The translations under genes and the position numbers were made by a program. A stretch of DNA of 64,000 nucleotides from Clostridiales bacterium (GTDB taxonomy: Bacteria; Bacillota; Clostridia; Christensenellales; CAG-138), in contig SFEL01000006.1 in NCBI GenBank assembly GCA_004557245.1, positions 12,942 through 76,941 on the forward strand, read 5' to 3'. The notes beneath the pieces are model-generated. The model made no database searches and was not told the origin of the DNA. It saw only the letters and a list, made by a program, of their open reading frames with translations. Of the stretch, positions 9,446-18,742 are shown one piece after another (the stretch's first letter is position 1; each line of letters begins with the position of its first letter).

Positions 9446-10777
9446 ATGAGTTTGAAGGCGGTACACTATATCAACCAGTTCTATGCCGGAATAGGTGGCG
9501 AAACCATGGCGGACACCGGCTTTGGCGTACTGGAAGAGAAAAAAGGGCCTGCTCTGGGCCTTGAGCAGCTTTGGAATGGAGAAATGACCATATCCAAGGT
9601 AGTATATTGCGGCGACAATTACGTAAACACTGATGAGAACTATGGTGAGGTAAAGGAAAAGCTGGCCAAGGTCATCCGAGAGGAAAAACCGGACGTATTT
9701 ATCGCGGGTCCCGCATTTAATGCCGGCCGCTACGGCGTTGCCTGCGCCAAGGTATGCGATTACGTTCGCAGCGAGCTTGGAGTACCCAGCGTTACCTGTA
9801 TGTGGCATGAGAACCCTGCCATAGACATGTACGTGGAAAACAACTATATCGTACCCAGCACAGAGACTGCTGTAGGTATGCGCAAGACTCTGCCTGCGCT
9901 TGCAAAGCTTGCCCTTAAGCTTGCCAGGAAGGAAAAGATAGGTACCGCCCACGCCGAGGGATACCTGCCTACCGGCCACCGCTATAATGAATATTCCGAT
10001 AAGTCCGGCGCAGAACGCGTTGTGGATATGCTCGTGGCGAGGCTGTATAACAAGAAGTTTGAGACAGAGGTGCCCCTCAGGAGCTTTGAGGTAATACCCC
10101 CTGCCGCAAAGATAAAGGACATAAGCAAGGCTACCATAGCCCTGTTTACCACTGGCGGTCTGGTCCCTGTGGGCAACCCGGATAAGATCAAGCAGGCGTT
10201 TGCCGTAAGCTTTGGTATTTATGATATGACCGGCCTCGACGCTCTTAAGAAGGGCGTGTATGAATCAATACACGGCGGATACGATACTACCGCCGCCAGC
10301 GCCGATCCTCATCGTCTGGTACCTCTTGATGCTCTTCTCGATTGCAAGAAGGAAGGCAAGATTGGAGATATCTACAAGTTCTTCGGTGCTACCTGCGGTG
10401 TTGGCACAAACATCGGCAGCAGCCAGGAGATGGGCAAGAAGTGGGCAAATATGCTTAAGGATGCCAAGGTGGATGCTTGTCTGCTGACCTCTACCTGAGG
10501 AACCTGCACTCGTTGCTGCGCAACGATATCAAAAGAGCTTGACAGAGCAGGCATACCTAATGTACACATAACTGCGTTTACCACCATAGCTAAGAGCGTT
10601 GGTGCGAACCGCATAGTATTTGGCGGCGAATTTACCGCTCCGGTGGGCAATCCCGATCTGCCCATAGACAGAGAAAAGGTTTACCGCCGCAAGATCATCG
10701 ACAAGGCGTTGGAAGTCCTGCAGATGGACATCACCGCACCCACGGTATTTACTGTGGACGAGAGCAAGGAGGACTAA
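9446..10777 (+). CDS. GrdB/GrdF/GrdH-type selenoprotein B (glycine/sarcosine/betaine reductase family), 443 residues including one selenocysteine
   Basis: The N-terminus HYINQFYAGIGGE is GrdB-like. The ORF-track stop at 10496-10498 is a UGA followed in frame by GTCTRCCATISKELDRAGIPNVHIT..., giving the UxxCxxC motif of selenoprotein B. The frame continues 93 codons to TAA at 10775-10777. The GrdE-like gene starts 3 nt later. Confidence 0.85.
10496..10498 (+). other. In-frame UGA read as selenocysteine
   Basis: The context is LLTST-U-GTCTRCC. The downstream frame is open and homologous in character to the GrdB C-terminus, and no other ORF accounts for 10499-10777. Confidence 0.8.
10510..10526 (+). 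promoter_or_regulatory. SECIS-like hairpin downstream of the UGA
   Basis: TCGTTGC-TGC-GCAACGA forms a 7-bp stem with a small G-containing loop. It starts 11 nt after the UGA, the usual spacing for a bacterial SECIS. Confidence 0.55.
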
Positions 10778-10780
10778 GCA

Positions 10781-12100
10781 ATGATAGATATGAAGCTTAC
10801 CCGTCAGTATTTTGACGTTAAGGATGTTTGCTTTGGCGATAAGTGCGCATTGGAAAACGGTGTGCTTACCGTAAACGAAGCCGAGCTTCAGGCGCTGACC
10901 GCCGACCTCTGCAAGGCTGTGAAGGGCTATCATCTCGAGATAACCAAGCCGGGTGAAAATGCACGCATCATACACGTTCTGGACACGATAGCCCCCATGG
11001 TAAAAATAGAGGGAGAGGGCGTACAGTACTCAGGATTTTTCAGCACCCCTTATACCGTAGGCCGCGGCGTCACCAACATGCTGTCCGGCTTTGCCGTAAT
11101 AGAGAGTGCGGCCCTTCCGTGGGATGAGTCCAACGCCTCCAGCGGCCTGCTGTATCCCCGCGACGCCATAATCGAGCTCAGCGGTTTCTATGCGGGCTAT
11201 ACGCCTTTTTCCAAGACAAACAATCTGGTCATCATATACGACCTGAATGAGGGCAAATCCTCTATCGAGTACGATAACGATATTCGCCTTATTGCCATCA
11301 GAATATCCAATTATCTGGCGGAGCTCACACGCAGCATGACTCCCGACAGGACGGAGGAGTTCTCCACTGAGGAAGAGCATCCGGAGTTGCCCGGGGTAGT
11401 GATGGTATGGCAGTGCCAGAACCAGGGACCGTATGCGGATACAATGCTCTATGGAATGCCCATAGACGATATGGTTCCCACCGTGCTTCATCCCAACGAG
11501 ATGCTGGATGGCTGCGTGGTAAGCGGCAACTATGTGTGGCCTGCCTTCAAGGTACCCACCTATCTGCACGTTAACCACCCGGTGCTGTTGGAACTGTACA
11601 GGCGCCACGGTAAGGATATCAACTTCAAGGGCGTAATATTCTGCCGCAGCCACAATCCCAGCACATGGCATAAGCAGCGCTGTGCAAGCCACGTGGTAAA
11701 GCTTGCTCAGATGCTGGATGCAAAAGGCCTGGTAATGGTATGGGAAGGCGGCGGCAACGCCTGCACTGACGGCATGCTTACAATACAGACCGCTGAGCGC
11801 CACGGTATCCGCACCGCCGGCATCACCTTCGAATTCGGCGGCAAGGACGGCACAGAGGGCATACTGCTGGTTGACGATGTACCAGAAGCTACAGCTATGT
11901 GCAGCGGAGGTTCCATTGAGAAGACGGTACACCTTTCTGCTGTGGACAGGGCAGTAGGCGGAGATACCTTCAGGCTCAATAAGGAATCCGGCGGCTTCTT
12001 CCCTCCCGCCAAAGGCGAACTCACACTTGAGCAGACTACCCACCTTTATCTCGGCGGCAACCAGTGTGCATACAGCAAGATATACGGGGCGGCCTATTAA
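10781..12100 (+). CDS. GrdE/GrdG/GrdI-type subunit of a glycine-reductase-family protein B
   Basis: Conserved blocks are TPFSKTNN, PTVLHPNEMLDGCVVSGN and LELYRRHGKDINFKGVI. An AAGGAGGA RBS lies 7 nt upstream, and the gene is tightly coupled to the selenoprotein gene. Confidence 0.85.
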   Translation: MIDMKLTRQYFDVKDVCFGDKCALENGVLTVNEAELQALTADLCKAVKGYHLEITKPGENARIIHVLDTIAPMVKIEGEGVQYSGFFSTPYTVGRGVTNMLSGFAVIESAALPWDESNASSGLLYPRDAIIELSGFYAGYTPFSKTNNLVIIYDLNEGKSSIEYDNDIRLIAIRISNYLAELTRSMTPDRTEEFSTEEEHPELPGVVMVWQCQNQGPYADTMLYGMPIDDMVPTVLHPNEMLDGCVVSGNYVWPAFKVPTYLHVNHPVLLELYRRHGKDINFKGVIFCRSHNPSTWHKQRCASHVVKLAQMLDAKGLVMVWEGGGNACTDGMLTIQTAERHGIRTAGITFEFGGKDGTEGILLVDDVPEATAMCSGGSIEKTVHLSAVDRAVGGDTFRLNKESGGFFPPAKGELTLEQTTHLYLGGNQCAYSKIYGAAY

Positions 12101-12141
12101 AAAAAGATTTTAAAAATACTAATACGAAAGGAAAAAGAATT

Positions 12142-12924
12142 ATGAAGCGCAGAATGAATAATTTCTTTAAAAAGGATGGCAAGTCCTTCGTGTTGGCTAT
12201 GGATCACGCGGCAATGATGCCTTCTCCCGATTTGAAGGATCCGGGACATGTTATCCGCGAGGCTGTGGCCGGTGGTGCTGACGGATTTCTGACTACCTAT
12301 GGTATTATTAAGGCCTTCCAGAATGATTTCGGCAATGCCGGTATTATAATGCGTGCGGACGGAGGAATTTCTGCACTCCGCAAACCCATGAACCCCCTCA
12401 GCCTGCTGTACACCCCCGAGGATGCGGTGCGCGTAGGCGCCGATGCCATGCTGTGCATGGGTTATCCGGGCTCTACCGACAATGAGCACACCCTGGAGTA
12501 CCTTGCTAACCTCTGCGCCGAGGCTGAAAAGCTCAACATTCCGGTAGGCGCCGAGATGCTGCCTTACGGCTTTGAAAAGCACGAGGGCATTGATACCCGT
12601 TCTGTTGAGAATATGAGCTTTGCCTGCAGGCAGGGCGCAGAGCTGGGCGCTGATTTTATCAAGGCCGAGTTCGTTGGGGGCGAACGTTTCCGCGAGGTCG
12701 TTGACGGCTGCTACGCGCCCATACTGGTGCTGGGCGGCGGCAAGGCCAAGAGCGAGGAGGAGATATTCGCCAACATTCGCGGCGCTCTGGACGCTGGCGC
12801 AAAGGGTATTATAATGGGCCGAAATATCTACCGTCACGAGAATATAGCCGCCGTTTGCGCGGCCATTGCCGCGATAGTGCATGACGATGCCACCGTTGAC
12901 GAGGCCATGAAGATGCTTAAATAA
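12142..12924 (+). CDS. Class I (Schiff-base, DhnA/FbaB/LsrF-type) aldolase family protein
   Basis: It reads KSFVLAMDHAAMM, then ADFIKAEF (candidate catalytic Lys region), VLGGGK and GIIMGRNI, typical of the COG1830 family. I place the start at the ATG at 12142 rather than the ORF-track 12064. Confidence 0.8.
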   Translation: MKRRMNNFFKKDGKSFVLAMDHAAMMPSPDLKDPGHVIREAVAGGADGFLTTYGIIKAFQNDFGNAGIIMRADGGISALRKPMNPLSLLYTPEDAVRVGADAMLCMGYPGSTDNEHTLEYLANLCAEAEKLNIPVGAEMLPYGFEKHEGIDTRSVENMSFACRQGAELGADFIKAEFVGGERFREVVDGCYAPILVLGGGKAKSEEEIFANIRGALDAGAKGIIMGRNIYRHENIAAVCAAIAAIVHDDATVDEAMKMLK

Positions 12925-12939
12925 CCGGAGGTAAAAGAT

Positions 12940-13986
12940 ATGTCTATTCAAATTAAGACTATTGCCGTAACCGGCGAAAAACAGACCGAGATAATGAATC
13001 TGACCACCCCGGATCTTCGCAACGGCGAAGCATTGATAAAGGTACATGCCGTAGCGCTCTGCACCCTTGAGCAGCGCATATTCAGGGGTGAAGTAAAGAT
13101 GCCTCTGCCATGCACCGGTGGCCACGAGGTATCAGGCGAGATAGTTGCTCTGGGCGATGGCGTGAACAAGAAAATGTGGGCGCCAGGAGACCGCGTTGCC
13201 GTACGTCTGCTTTACAACTGCGGCGAGTGCTATTACTGCCGTACCGGACATGCTAATCTCTGCGAAAGGGCGCAGAAAAAGCCCGTACGCGAGGGACTGC
13301 TTATAGGACCCGGCGGCCTTTGCGATTACGTTATAGTAAATACCGGTTATCTCTTTAAGATACCCGACACTCTGAGTTACGAAGAAGCCAGCCTTACCGA
13401 GCCTCTTGCATGTGTGGTGCATAGCGTCACCAAGGCCAACATTCAGCTGGGTGAAGACGTGGTCGTAATAGGCGGCGGCATAATGGGTCAGTATCACGTA
13501 ATGCTGGCAAAGCGCAGGGGTGCAAGGGTCATAATGAGCGAGGTAGACGAGAACCGCCGCGCTCTGGCACAGAAGCTGGGAGCCGACATTACTTTCAACC
13601 CCATGGAGAAGGACCCTGTTGAGTACGTAAAGAGCCTTACCGAGGGCCGTGGCGCAGACGTGGTGTTCAACACCACCGCCATACCTTCCGTGGTACCTCA
13701 GGCTATCGCCATGACAGGCAAGGCCGGCCGCATGATACAGTACAGTTCCATGCATCCCGATGCCCCGGCACCGGTAAGCCCCCAGATGCTGCATGGCAAT
13801 GAGCCAATACTCACCGGCTCCATCAGCCCCGACGTACACGACTTTTTTACCGCTAACCGTCTGCTTTCCGGCGGCATAATAGACTGCAAGCCGCTTATTG
13901 CAAAGAAGTTCCCCTTCGAGCAGGCACAGCAGGCCTTTGAGGCGGCGATTGTGCCCGGCACCTTCAGGGTAATAATAACCGACTGA
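12940..13986 (+). CDS. Zinc-dependent alcohol dehydrogenase (threonine/sorbitol dehydrogenase-like MDR family)
   Basis: It has a GHEVSGEIVALG catalytic zinc motif, a CGECYYCRTGHANLC structural zinc motif and a GGGIMG Rossmann motif. Confidence 0.9.
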   Translation: MSIQIKTIAVTGEKQTEIMNLTTPDLRNGEALIKVHAVALCTLEQRIFRGEVKMPLPCTGGHEVSGEIVALGDGVNKKMWAPGDRVAVRLLYNCGECYYCRTGHANLCERAQKKPVREGLLIGPGGLCDYVIVNTGYLFKIPDTLSYEEASLTEPLACVVHSVTKANIQLGEDVVVIGGGIMGQYHVMLAKRRGARVIMSEVDENRRALAQKLGADITFNPMEKDPVEYVKSLTEGRGADVVFNTTAIPSVVPQAIAMTGKAGRMIQYSSMHPDAPAPVSPQMLHGNEPILTGSISPDVHDFFTANRLLSGGIIDCKPLIAKKFPFEQAQQAFEAAIVPGTFRVIITD

Positions 13987-14000
13987 TATGGCCCGGACTT

Positions 14001-14031
14001 TTCCGTACAGGGTCGTTGGCCCTGTACGGAA
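14001..14031 (+). terminator. Strong hairpin ending the reductase-aldolase-ADH transcription unit (no clear U-tract)
   Basis: TTCCGTACAGGG-TCGTTGG-CCCTGTACGGAA lies directly after the ADH stop. Confidence 0.5.
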
Positions 14032-14137
14032 ATACTGTAAATAGAATTTACTTAAAATCTGCTGGCGCAAAGCATCAACTGGGGAGAACCGAGAGAATAA
14101 TGCTGATGTAACCACATTAGTTATTATAAGATTGATA

Positions 14138-14166
14138 TTGACAAAAACGATGTTAAATATTAAACT
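14138..14166 (+). promoter_or_regulatory. Candidate sigma-A promoter for the APC permease
   Basis: It reads TTGACA, a 17-nt spacer, then TAAACT, in an AT-rich gap. Confidence 0.45.
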
Positions 14167-14276
14167 ATATCATAAATGAAATGTTCGATTAAGTGAATTA
14201 CCAGTAAAAATGAATTAGGTTTTGGGATGCTCAGGTCCCGAAAAATCAATAAAAACACATTATTTAGGAGGATTCT

Positions 14277-15599
14277 ATGGAAAACAAAGATAGTGGTAAG
14301 CTTGGCCTTGTAGCTTGCATTGCTATACTTACCGGCGGCTGCATCGGCAGCGCGATTTTCTCACTTTCCGGCATGACTATGTACTATGCCGGTCCCGCAG
14401 CTATAATTACATGGATAGTTGCAGCTATAATACTTGGTTGCTATGGCGTTCAGGTGGCCGAGCTGTCCGTAAGATACCCCCATTCCGGTGGCGTTTACGT
14501 ATTTCCTGCTAAGTCCCTGAATAAATTCTGGGGCTTCGCTGCAGCCTGGGGCTACGTTATTTCCAACTTTATCGCTGTAGCCTTCTCCGCTATTTACGTA
14601 GCCACTTATCTGGGTGTTGGCTTCGAGGCGCTTGCCGGTCTGCAGATACCCCTCGCGCTGGCCTCCATACTGTTCTGTGTAATACTTAACATGATGAAGG
14701 TTACCGATGCCGGCAAGTTCAACAACGTACTGGTCGGCCTGCTCATCATTACAATGCTGCTGTTCAGCGGTATTGCCCTGTCTCACGGCAACTTTAACTT
14801 TGATAACTTCAGCAACTTCTTCGATGGCGGCATGGGCAAGACCGGTTGGATACAGGCTATCCCCAATGCCATGGTAGCTTACGGCTCCGTGGTTGCAATA
14901 GCCTTCATGGTGGGCCAGGTAAAGGATCCCAACCGTACCGTTCCCAAGTCCATGGCTATCGCCCTGATAATCGTAGTTTCCCTGTACCTTCTGATGATCG
15001 TTGGAACCTTGGGTCACATTACTACCCAGTTCCTGGTAGATAATCCCGGCATGCGCTTCATACCTATGTTCGCCGCTGCATGGACTTCAATGACCAACGT
15101 GCCCTGGCTCTCTAAGCTGATCTCTGTTTCCGCCTTCATCGCCCTGATCACCACCATGCTGGTTGTTCAGAACCTGAATGCCCTGACCATTCGGGCCATG
15201 GCTGAGGATGGCGCTCTGCCAAAGGTATTGGCAAAGTCTAACAAGAACGGCGCACCCTCTGCAGGCATCATCTTGGCTGCTGTTGTAGCTGGTATTCTCA
15301 GCTGCCAGCCCTCCTGGACTGAGCTGCTGGTAAACCTCGGCTCCATAGCCGCTGCCGTTACCGTAGTTATAGTTTGCTATTCCCTGATAGCATCCCGCAA
15401 GCAGATGCCCAGCATTGAGGGCAAATACAAGGCTCCCGGCGGCAATGCTCTGAGCTGGGCTACCATAATCGTGATCGTAGCGAGCTACATACCCGCCATA
15501 TTCAACGGCGGCGCGCAGATGTGGATATTCACTGCCATCATCTACATCGTAGGTATACTGATTTACTTCCTTTACTCCAAGAAACATCTCGCTGAATAA
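14277..15599 (+). CDS. APC-superfamily amino acid/amine permease
   Basis: It is a protein of about 12 TM segments with an APC-type N-terminus (GCIGSAIFSLSG). An AGGAGGA RBS lies upstream. Confidence 0.9.
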   Translation: MENKDSGKLGLVACIAILTGGCIGSAIFSLSGMTMYYAGPAAIITWIVAAIILGCYGVQVAELSVRYPHSGGVYVFPAKSLNKFWGFAAAWGYVISNFIAVAFSAIYVATYLGVGFEALAGLQIPLALASILFCVILNMMKVTDAGKFNNVLVGLLIITMLLFSGIALSHGNFNFDNFSNFFDGGMGKTGWIQAIPNAMVAYGSVVAIAFMVGQVKDPNRTVPKSMAIALIIVVSLYLLMIVGTLGHITTQFLVDNPGMRFIPMFAAAWTSMTNVPWLSKLISVSAFIALITTMLVVQNLNALTIRAMAEDGALPKVLAKSNKNGAPSAGIILAAVVAGILSCQPSWTELLVNLGSIAAAVTVVIVCYSLIASRKQMPSIEGKYKAPGGNALSWATIIVIVASYIPAIFNGGAQMWIFTAIIYIVGILIYFLYSKKHLAE

Positions 15600-15687
15600 G
15601 CCGATATAGTTGTTTGAATTGAGGCGTAAAGTCCTGCGGCAGTGCATCGCTGCCGCAGGTATGTCTCGAGACCGGAGGAAACTTACA

Positions 15688-16590
15688 ATGAAGCATGTAT
15701 TGGATTTTTGCGGTGGTACGAAGGACGGTACCTGTGTAGCTTTTGGACATTTTGACGGTATCCACCTTGGCCACAGGGCAGTTATAGAAAAGGTCTGTGC
15801 CCATGAGGGGCTTGTACCTGTGATAGTAAGCGCAGACGAGACATTCAAGCCCGTTATATATACCGAGCGGGAAAAGGAAGAACTCCTTAAAGAAACCGGC
15901 GTGGAAATAATGGTTTCGGTAAACGCCCGGGATTATGATTCCATGACCGCAGAAGAGCTTTGCAGTGCCGTTGCCGGAAAGCTCAACGCAAAGGTGGTAG
16001 TAGCCGGAGAGAATATCTGCTTTGGCTCCGATAATAAGGGTATCGCAGAGCTTAAGGCCCTCGGTGCAAAGTACGGCTTTGCTGTTGAGTCTGTTCCCGT
16101 CGTTTATCACAATGGCGAAGAAGTATCCACAGCAGCCGTAATGAAGGCAATTGAGGATAAGGATTTTAATAAGATGTCCGAACTCCTTGGCCATGTATAT
16201 ATTATGATGGGAAGGGTCGTCCACGGTAAGGCGGCCGGGCGCAAGCACGGAATGCCCACGGCTAACCTGGGCGTAGCGGCTAATAAGCTGTTTCCTCCTC
16301 ACGGCGTATATGGCACGCTTTCCATAATAGATGGCAGATATTACAGGGGCATGACCAACATAGGTCTGCGTCCCTCAGATGACGATATACCCATTGCCAC
16401 GATAGAGACATTTATACTGAACTTTGACCAAGATATATACGACAAGGATGTACTGCTTCAGGTTTATGCCTATATCCGCGGAGTGAAGAAATTCTCCGGT
16501 GGTCTGGATGAAGTCCGCAAGCAGATCGACAAGGATATTCAGGACGTCAAGTCTTATATGGACGAAGTAGTACGCAAGCTTGGCATTTGA
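15688..16590 (+). CDS. ribF: Bifunctional riboflavin kinase / FMN adenylyltransferase
   Basis: It has GHFDGIHLGHRAVI, and a riboflavin kinase C-terminus (GRVVHGKAAGRKHGMPTANL, TFILNFDQDIYDK). The ATG at 15688 follows GGAGGA. Confidence 0.9.
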   Translation: MKHVLDFCGGTKDGTCVAFGHFDGIHLGHRAVIEKVCAHEGLVPVIVSADETFKPVIYTEREKEELLKETGVEIMVSVNARDYDSMTAEELCSAVAGKLNAKVVVAGENICFGSDNKGIAELKALGAKYGFAVESVPVVYHNGEEVSTAAVMKAIEDKDFNKMSELLGHVYIMMGRVVHGKAAGRKHGMPTANLGVAANKLFPPHGVYGTLSIIDGRYYRGMTNIGLRPSDDDIPIATIETFILNFDQDIYDKDVLLQVYAYIRGVKKFSGGLDEVRKQIDKDIQDVKSYMDEVVRKLGI

Positions 16591-16623
16591 TTCGAACACC
16601 TACTTTTCATAACTATTCTTAAC

Positions 16624-16661
16624 GAGAGAGGCAGACGGGCTAAGGCCCGTCTGCCTCTCTC
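16624..16661 (+). terminator. 17-bp perfect hairpin after ribF (no U-tract)
   Basis: The sequence is GAGAGAGGCAGACGGGC-TAAG-GCCCGTCTGCCTCTCTC. Confidence 0.5.
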
Positions 16662-16771
16662 TGTGCAAACAGAAGATAGTGCCGCTGCTCTGAAGGACAG
16701 CGGATGCATACTTGACAAGCAGGGGGCATTTTAGGAAAATATGCTTAAGATTCGACATTGAGAGGGTTCTT

Positions 16772-17620
16772 ATGGATATATATGTCAGGGATGGTTCTAT
16801 CATAGTGTCCGGGGTCAGTTGCTTTGACCTTGCCCGTTCCTGCGACTGCGGGCAGGCGTTTCGCTGGAAGAATACGGGAAACGGCTGGTTTGGCGTGGCA
16901 GGCGGCAGGGGAGCTACGGTAAGGCAGACGGGAGAAACTCTGATTATAACCCCCGGCAAGGATAAAGATGTCGGCTTCTGGCTCAATTACTTTGACTTAT
17001 ACAGAAACTATCAGGCTATAGAGGACGAGGTGAGATGTGACGCTACCCTTGGCAAATGCCTGGACTACGCCAGCGGCATACACATATTCAATCAGGACCC
17101 ATTTGAAACGCTGATAAGCTTTATCATATCGGCAAACAACAACATAAAGCGCATAACCGGTATAGTGGACAGGCTTTGTATCCTGGCAGGAGAAAAGCAC
17201 GAAGGAACTACAGAATACTATTCCTTCCCGGCGCCTGAGGCCATAGCGGAGCTGACCGTTGAACAGCTCACCGCCATAGGCTCCGGCTACCGGGCGCCAT
17301 ATATCAAAGGCAGCGCCAGAATGATAGCCGACGGGTACGAACTGGAAACGCTGAGAAACGTGCCGACGGCGGCGGCAAGAAAAGAACTGCTGAGATTCCC
17401 GGGCGTGGGGCCAAAGGTTGCGGACTGCGTGCTGCTGTTCTCGCTGGGCCATGCGGACGCATTTCCGTTGGACGTATGGATGAAGCGCGCCATGCGGCTC
17501 ATGTACTTCCAAGGCGCAGAACCGGGGAAAAAGGCCATGGAGGATCAGATAGCCGCCCTTGGCCCAAACAGCGGCATATTGCAACAATACATATTCCAAT
17601 ACGCAAGAGAGAATATGTAG
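16772..17620 (+). CDS. ogg: 8-oxoguanine DNA glycosylase (HhH-GPD family, clostridial Ogg type)
   Basis: It has CDCGQAFRW near the N-terminus and the HhH-GPD region LLRFPGVGPKVADCVLLFSLGHADAFPLDVW. Confidence 0.8.
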   Translation: MDIYVRDGSIIVSGVSCFDLARSCDCGQAFRWKNTGNGWFGVAGGRGATVRQTGETLIITPGKDKDVGFWLNYFDLYRNYQAIEDEVRCDATLGKCLDYASGIHIFNQDPFETLISFIISANNNIKRITGIVDRLCILAGEKHEGTTEYYSFPAPEAIAELTVEQLTAIGSGYRAPYIKGSARMIADGYELETLRNVPTAAARKELLRFPGVGPKVADCVLLFSLGHADAFPLDVWMKRAMRLMYFQGAEPGKKAMEDQIAALGPNSGILQQYIFQYARENM

Positions 17621-18742
17621 CTATTTGGAATAGGCGTGACGGAACATCTCCTCTACCTTTTTTTGAGTGTCGTCCGGGATAATTTGGGCAACTTCGCCGC
17701 ACTGTGCTACCCTCGCCGTAAGGCGGGGGAGCTTTTTTAAAAAAGCGTTTTTATCCCGTTCCAGCTCGCAGAGCTTCAACGGCAGCCCCAGCATGTCCGC
17801 ATATTCCTCAATGAGCGCAGCAAGAGCCTCGGGAGTATCCTTCAGACCCAACTCCGACGCTATGGCGGCGTAGCCCTCGGAGTATTGGCCGGTTGAACGC
17901 CGTATTATGGCAGGAAGGTACACGGCGCAAAGCGTCCCGAAGGATACACAGCCAAACAGCCCCATAGATCCGTGAACCATTGCAGAGCAAAGGCCGGGGG
18001 AGGCGTTGTAGTGGGCTATGCCGCTGAGTATCTGGGCGTTGAGCAGCGGCTCTGATGGAAATGGCAGGCAGGAAAACGCAATGGTGCTGCTTATTATGGT
18101 ATGCATGGCCTGCATTGCGAAGGGGCGGCTGAAAAAACTGCCTTCGGGAGAGACGGCCGCTTCCACGGAAAGCGCCAGTGCGGACAATACTGCTTCGCCG
18201 GTATGGGTGTGGGGTAAGGCGTTGAGCAGCAGCGGGTCGATTATGGCGGCGTGGGGCATGAGACCGGGGCAGTATATAACCTGCTCAAGGCATTCCCGGG
18301 GATTCCATAGCGCCGCGTATCCGGTGGCCTCGCCGCCGTTTGAACCGAGGGTAGGAACGGCTATAAGACGTGTGCGCCCCAGTTTCATTCTGGGTATATC
18401 GGACCTGACAAGATCGTCCGGAGTAAGGTCGGGACGCTCGTAGAATATCCGCATGAGCTTTGCGCAGTCCATGGCGGCATGGCCTCCTATGGCGATTATC
18501 CAGCCCGGCTTGAACTCCATAAGCGCCTTTGCCCCTTCCAGTACCGTCGGGCCGTCGACCGGGCCTTCGGGCACGCTGAATACCCGTATGTGCATGCCGG
18601 TGCGCCTGGCCTGCTTCTGGGCTATCCTGCACGCGGCCTCGCAGTCATGCACCAGCAGCATTCGGTCGCCCCGGAGGCCGGATATATGCTCCAATGTGCC
18701 GTCGCCGTAAAGTATCCTTATGGGTATTCTAAACTCCGCCAT
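17621..18742 (-). CDS. Iron-containing (group III) alcohol dehydrogenase family protein, divergent
   Basis: Fe-ADH fold signatures are present (IAIGGHAAMDCAK, VPTLGSNGGEATG). Its stop abuts the ogg stop, forming a TAGCTA palindrome. Confidence 0.8.
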   Translation of the reverse strand: MAEFRIPIRILYGDGTLEHISGLRGDRMLLVHDCEAACRIAQKQARRTGMHIRVFSVPEGPVDGPTVLEGAKALMEFKPGWIIAIGGHAAMDCAKLMRIFYERPDLTPDDLVRSDIPRMKLGRTRLIAVPTLGSNGGEATGYAALWNPRECLEQVIYCPGLMPHAAIIDPLLLNALPHTHTGEAVLSALALSVEAAVSPEGSFFSRPFAMQAMHTIISSTIAFSCLPFPSEPLLNAQILSGIAHYNASPGLCSAMVHGSMGLFGCVSFGTLCAVYLPAIIRRSTGQYSEGYAAIASELGLKDTPEALAALIEEYADMLGLPLKLCELERDKNAFLKKLPRLTARVAQCGEVAQIIPDDTQKKVEEMFRHAYSK

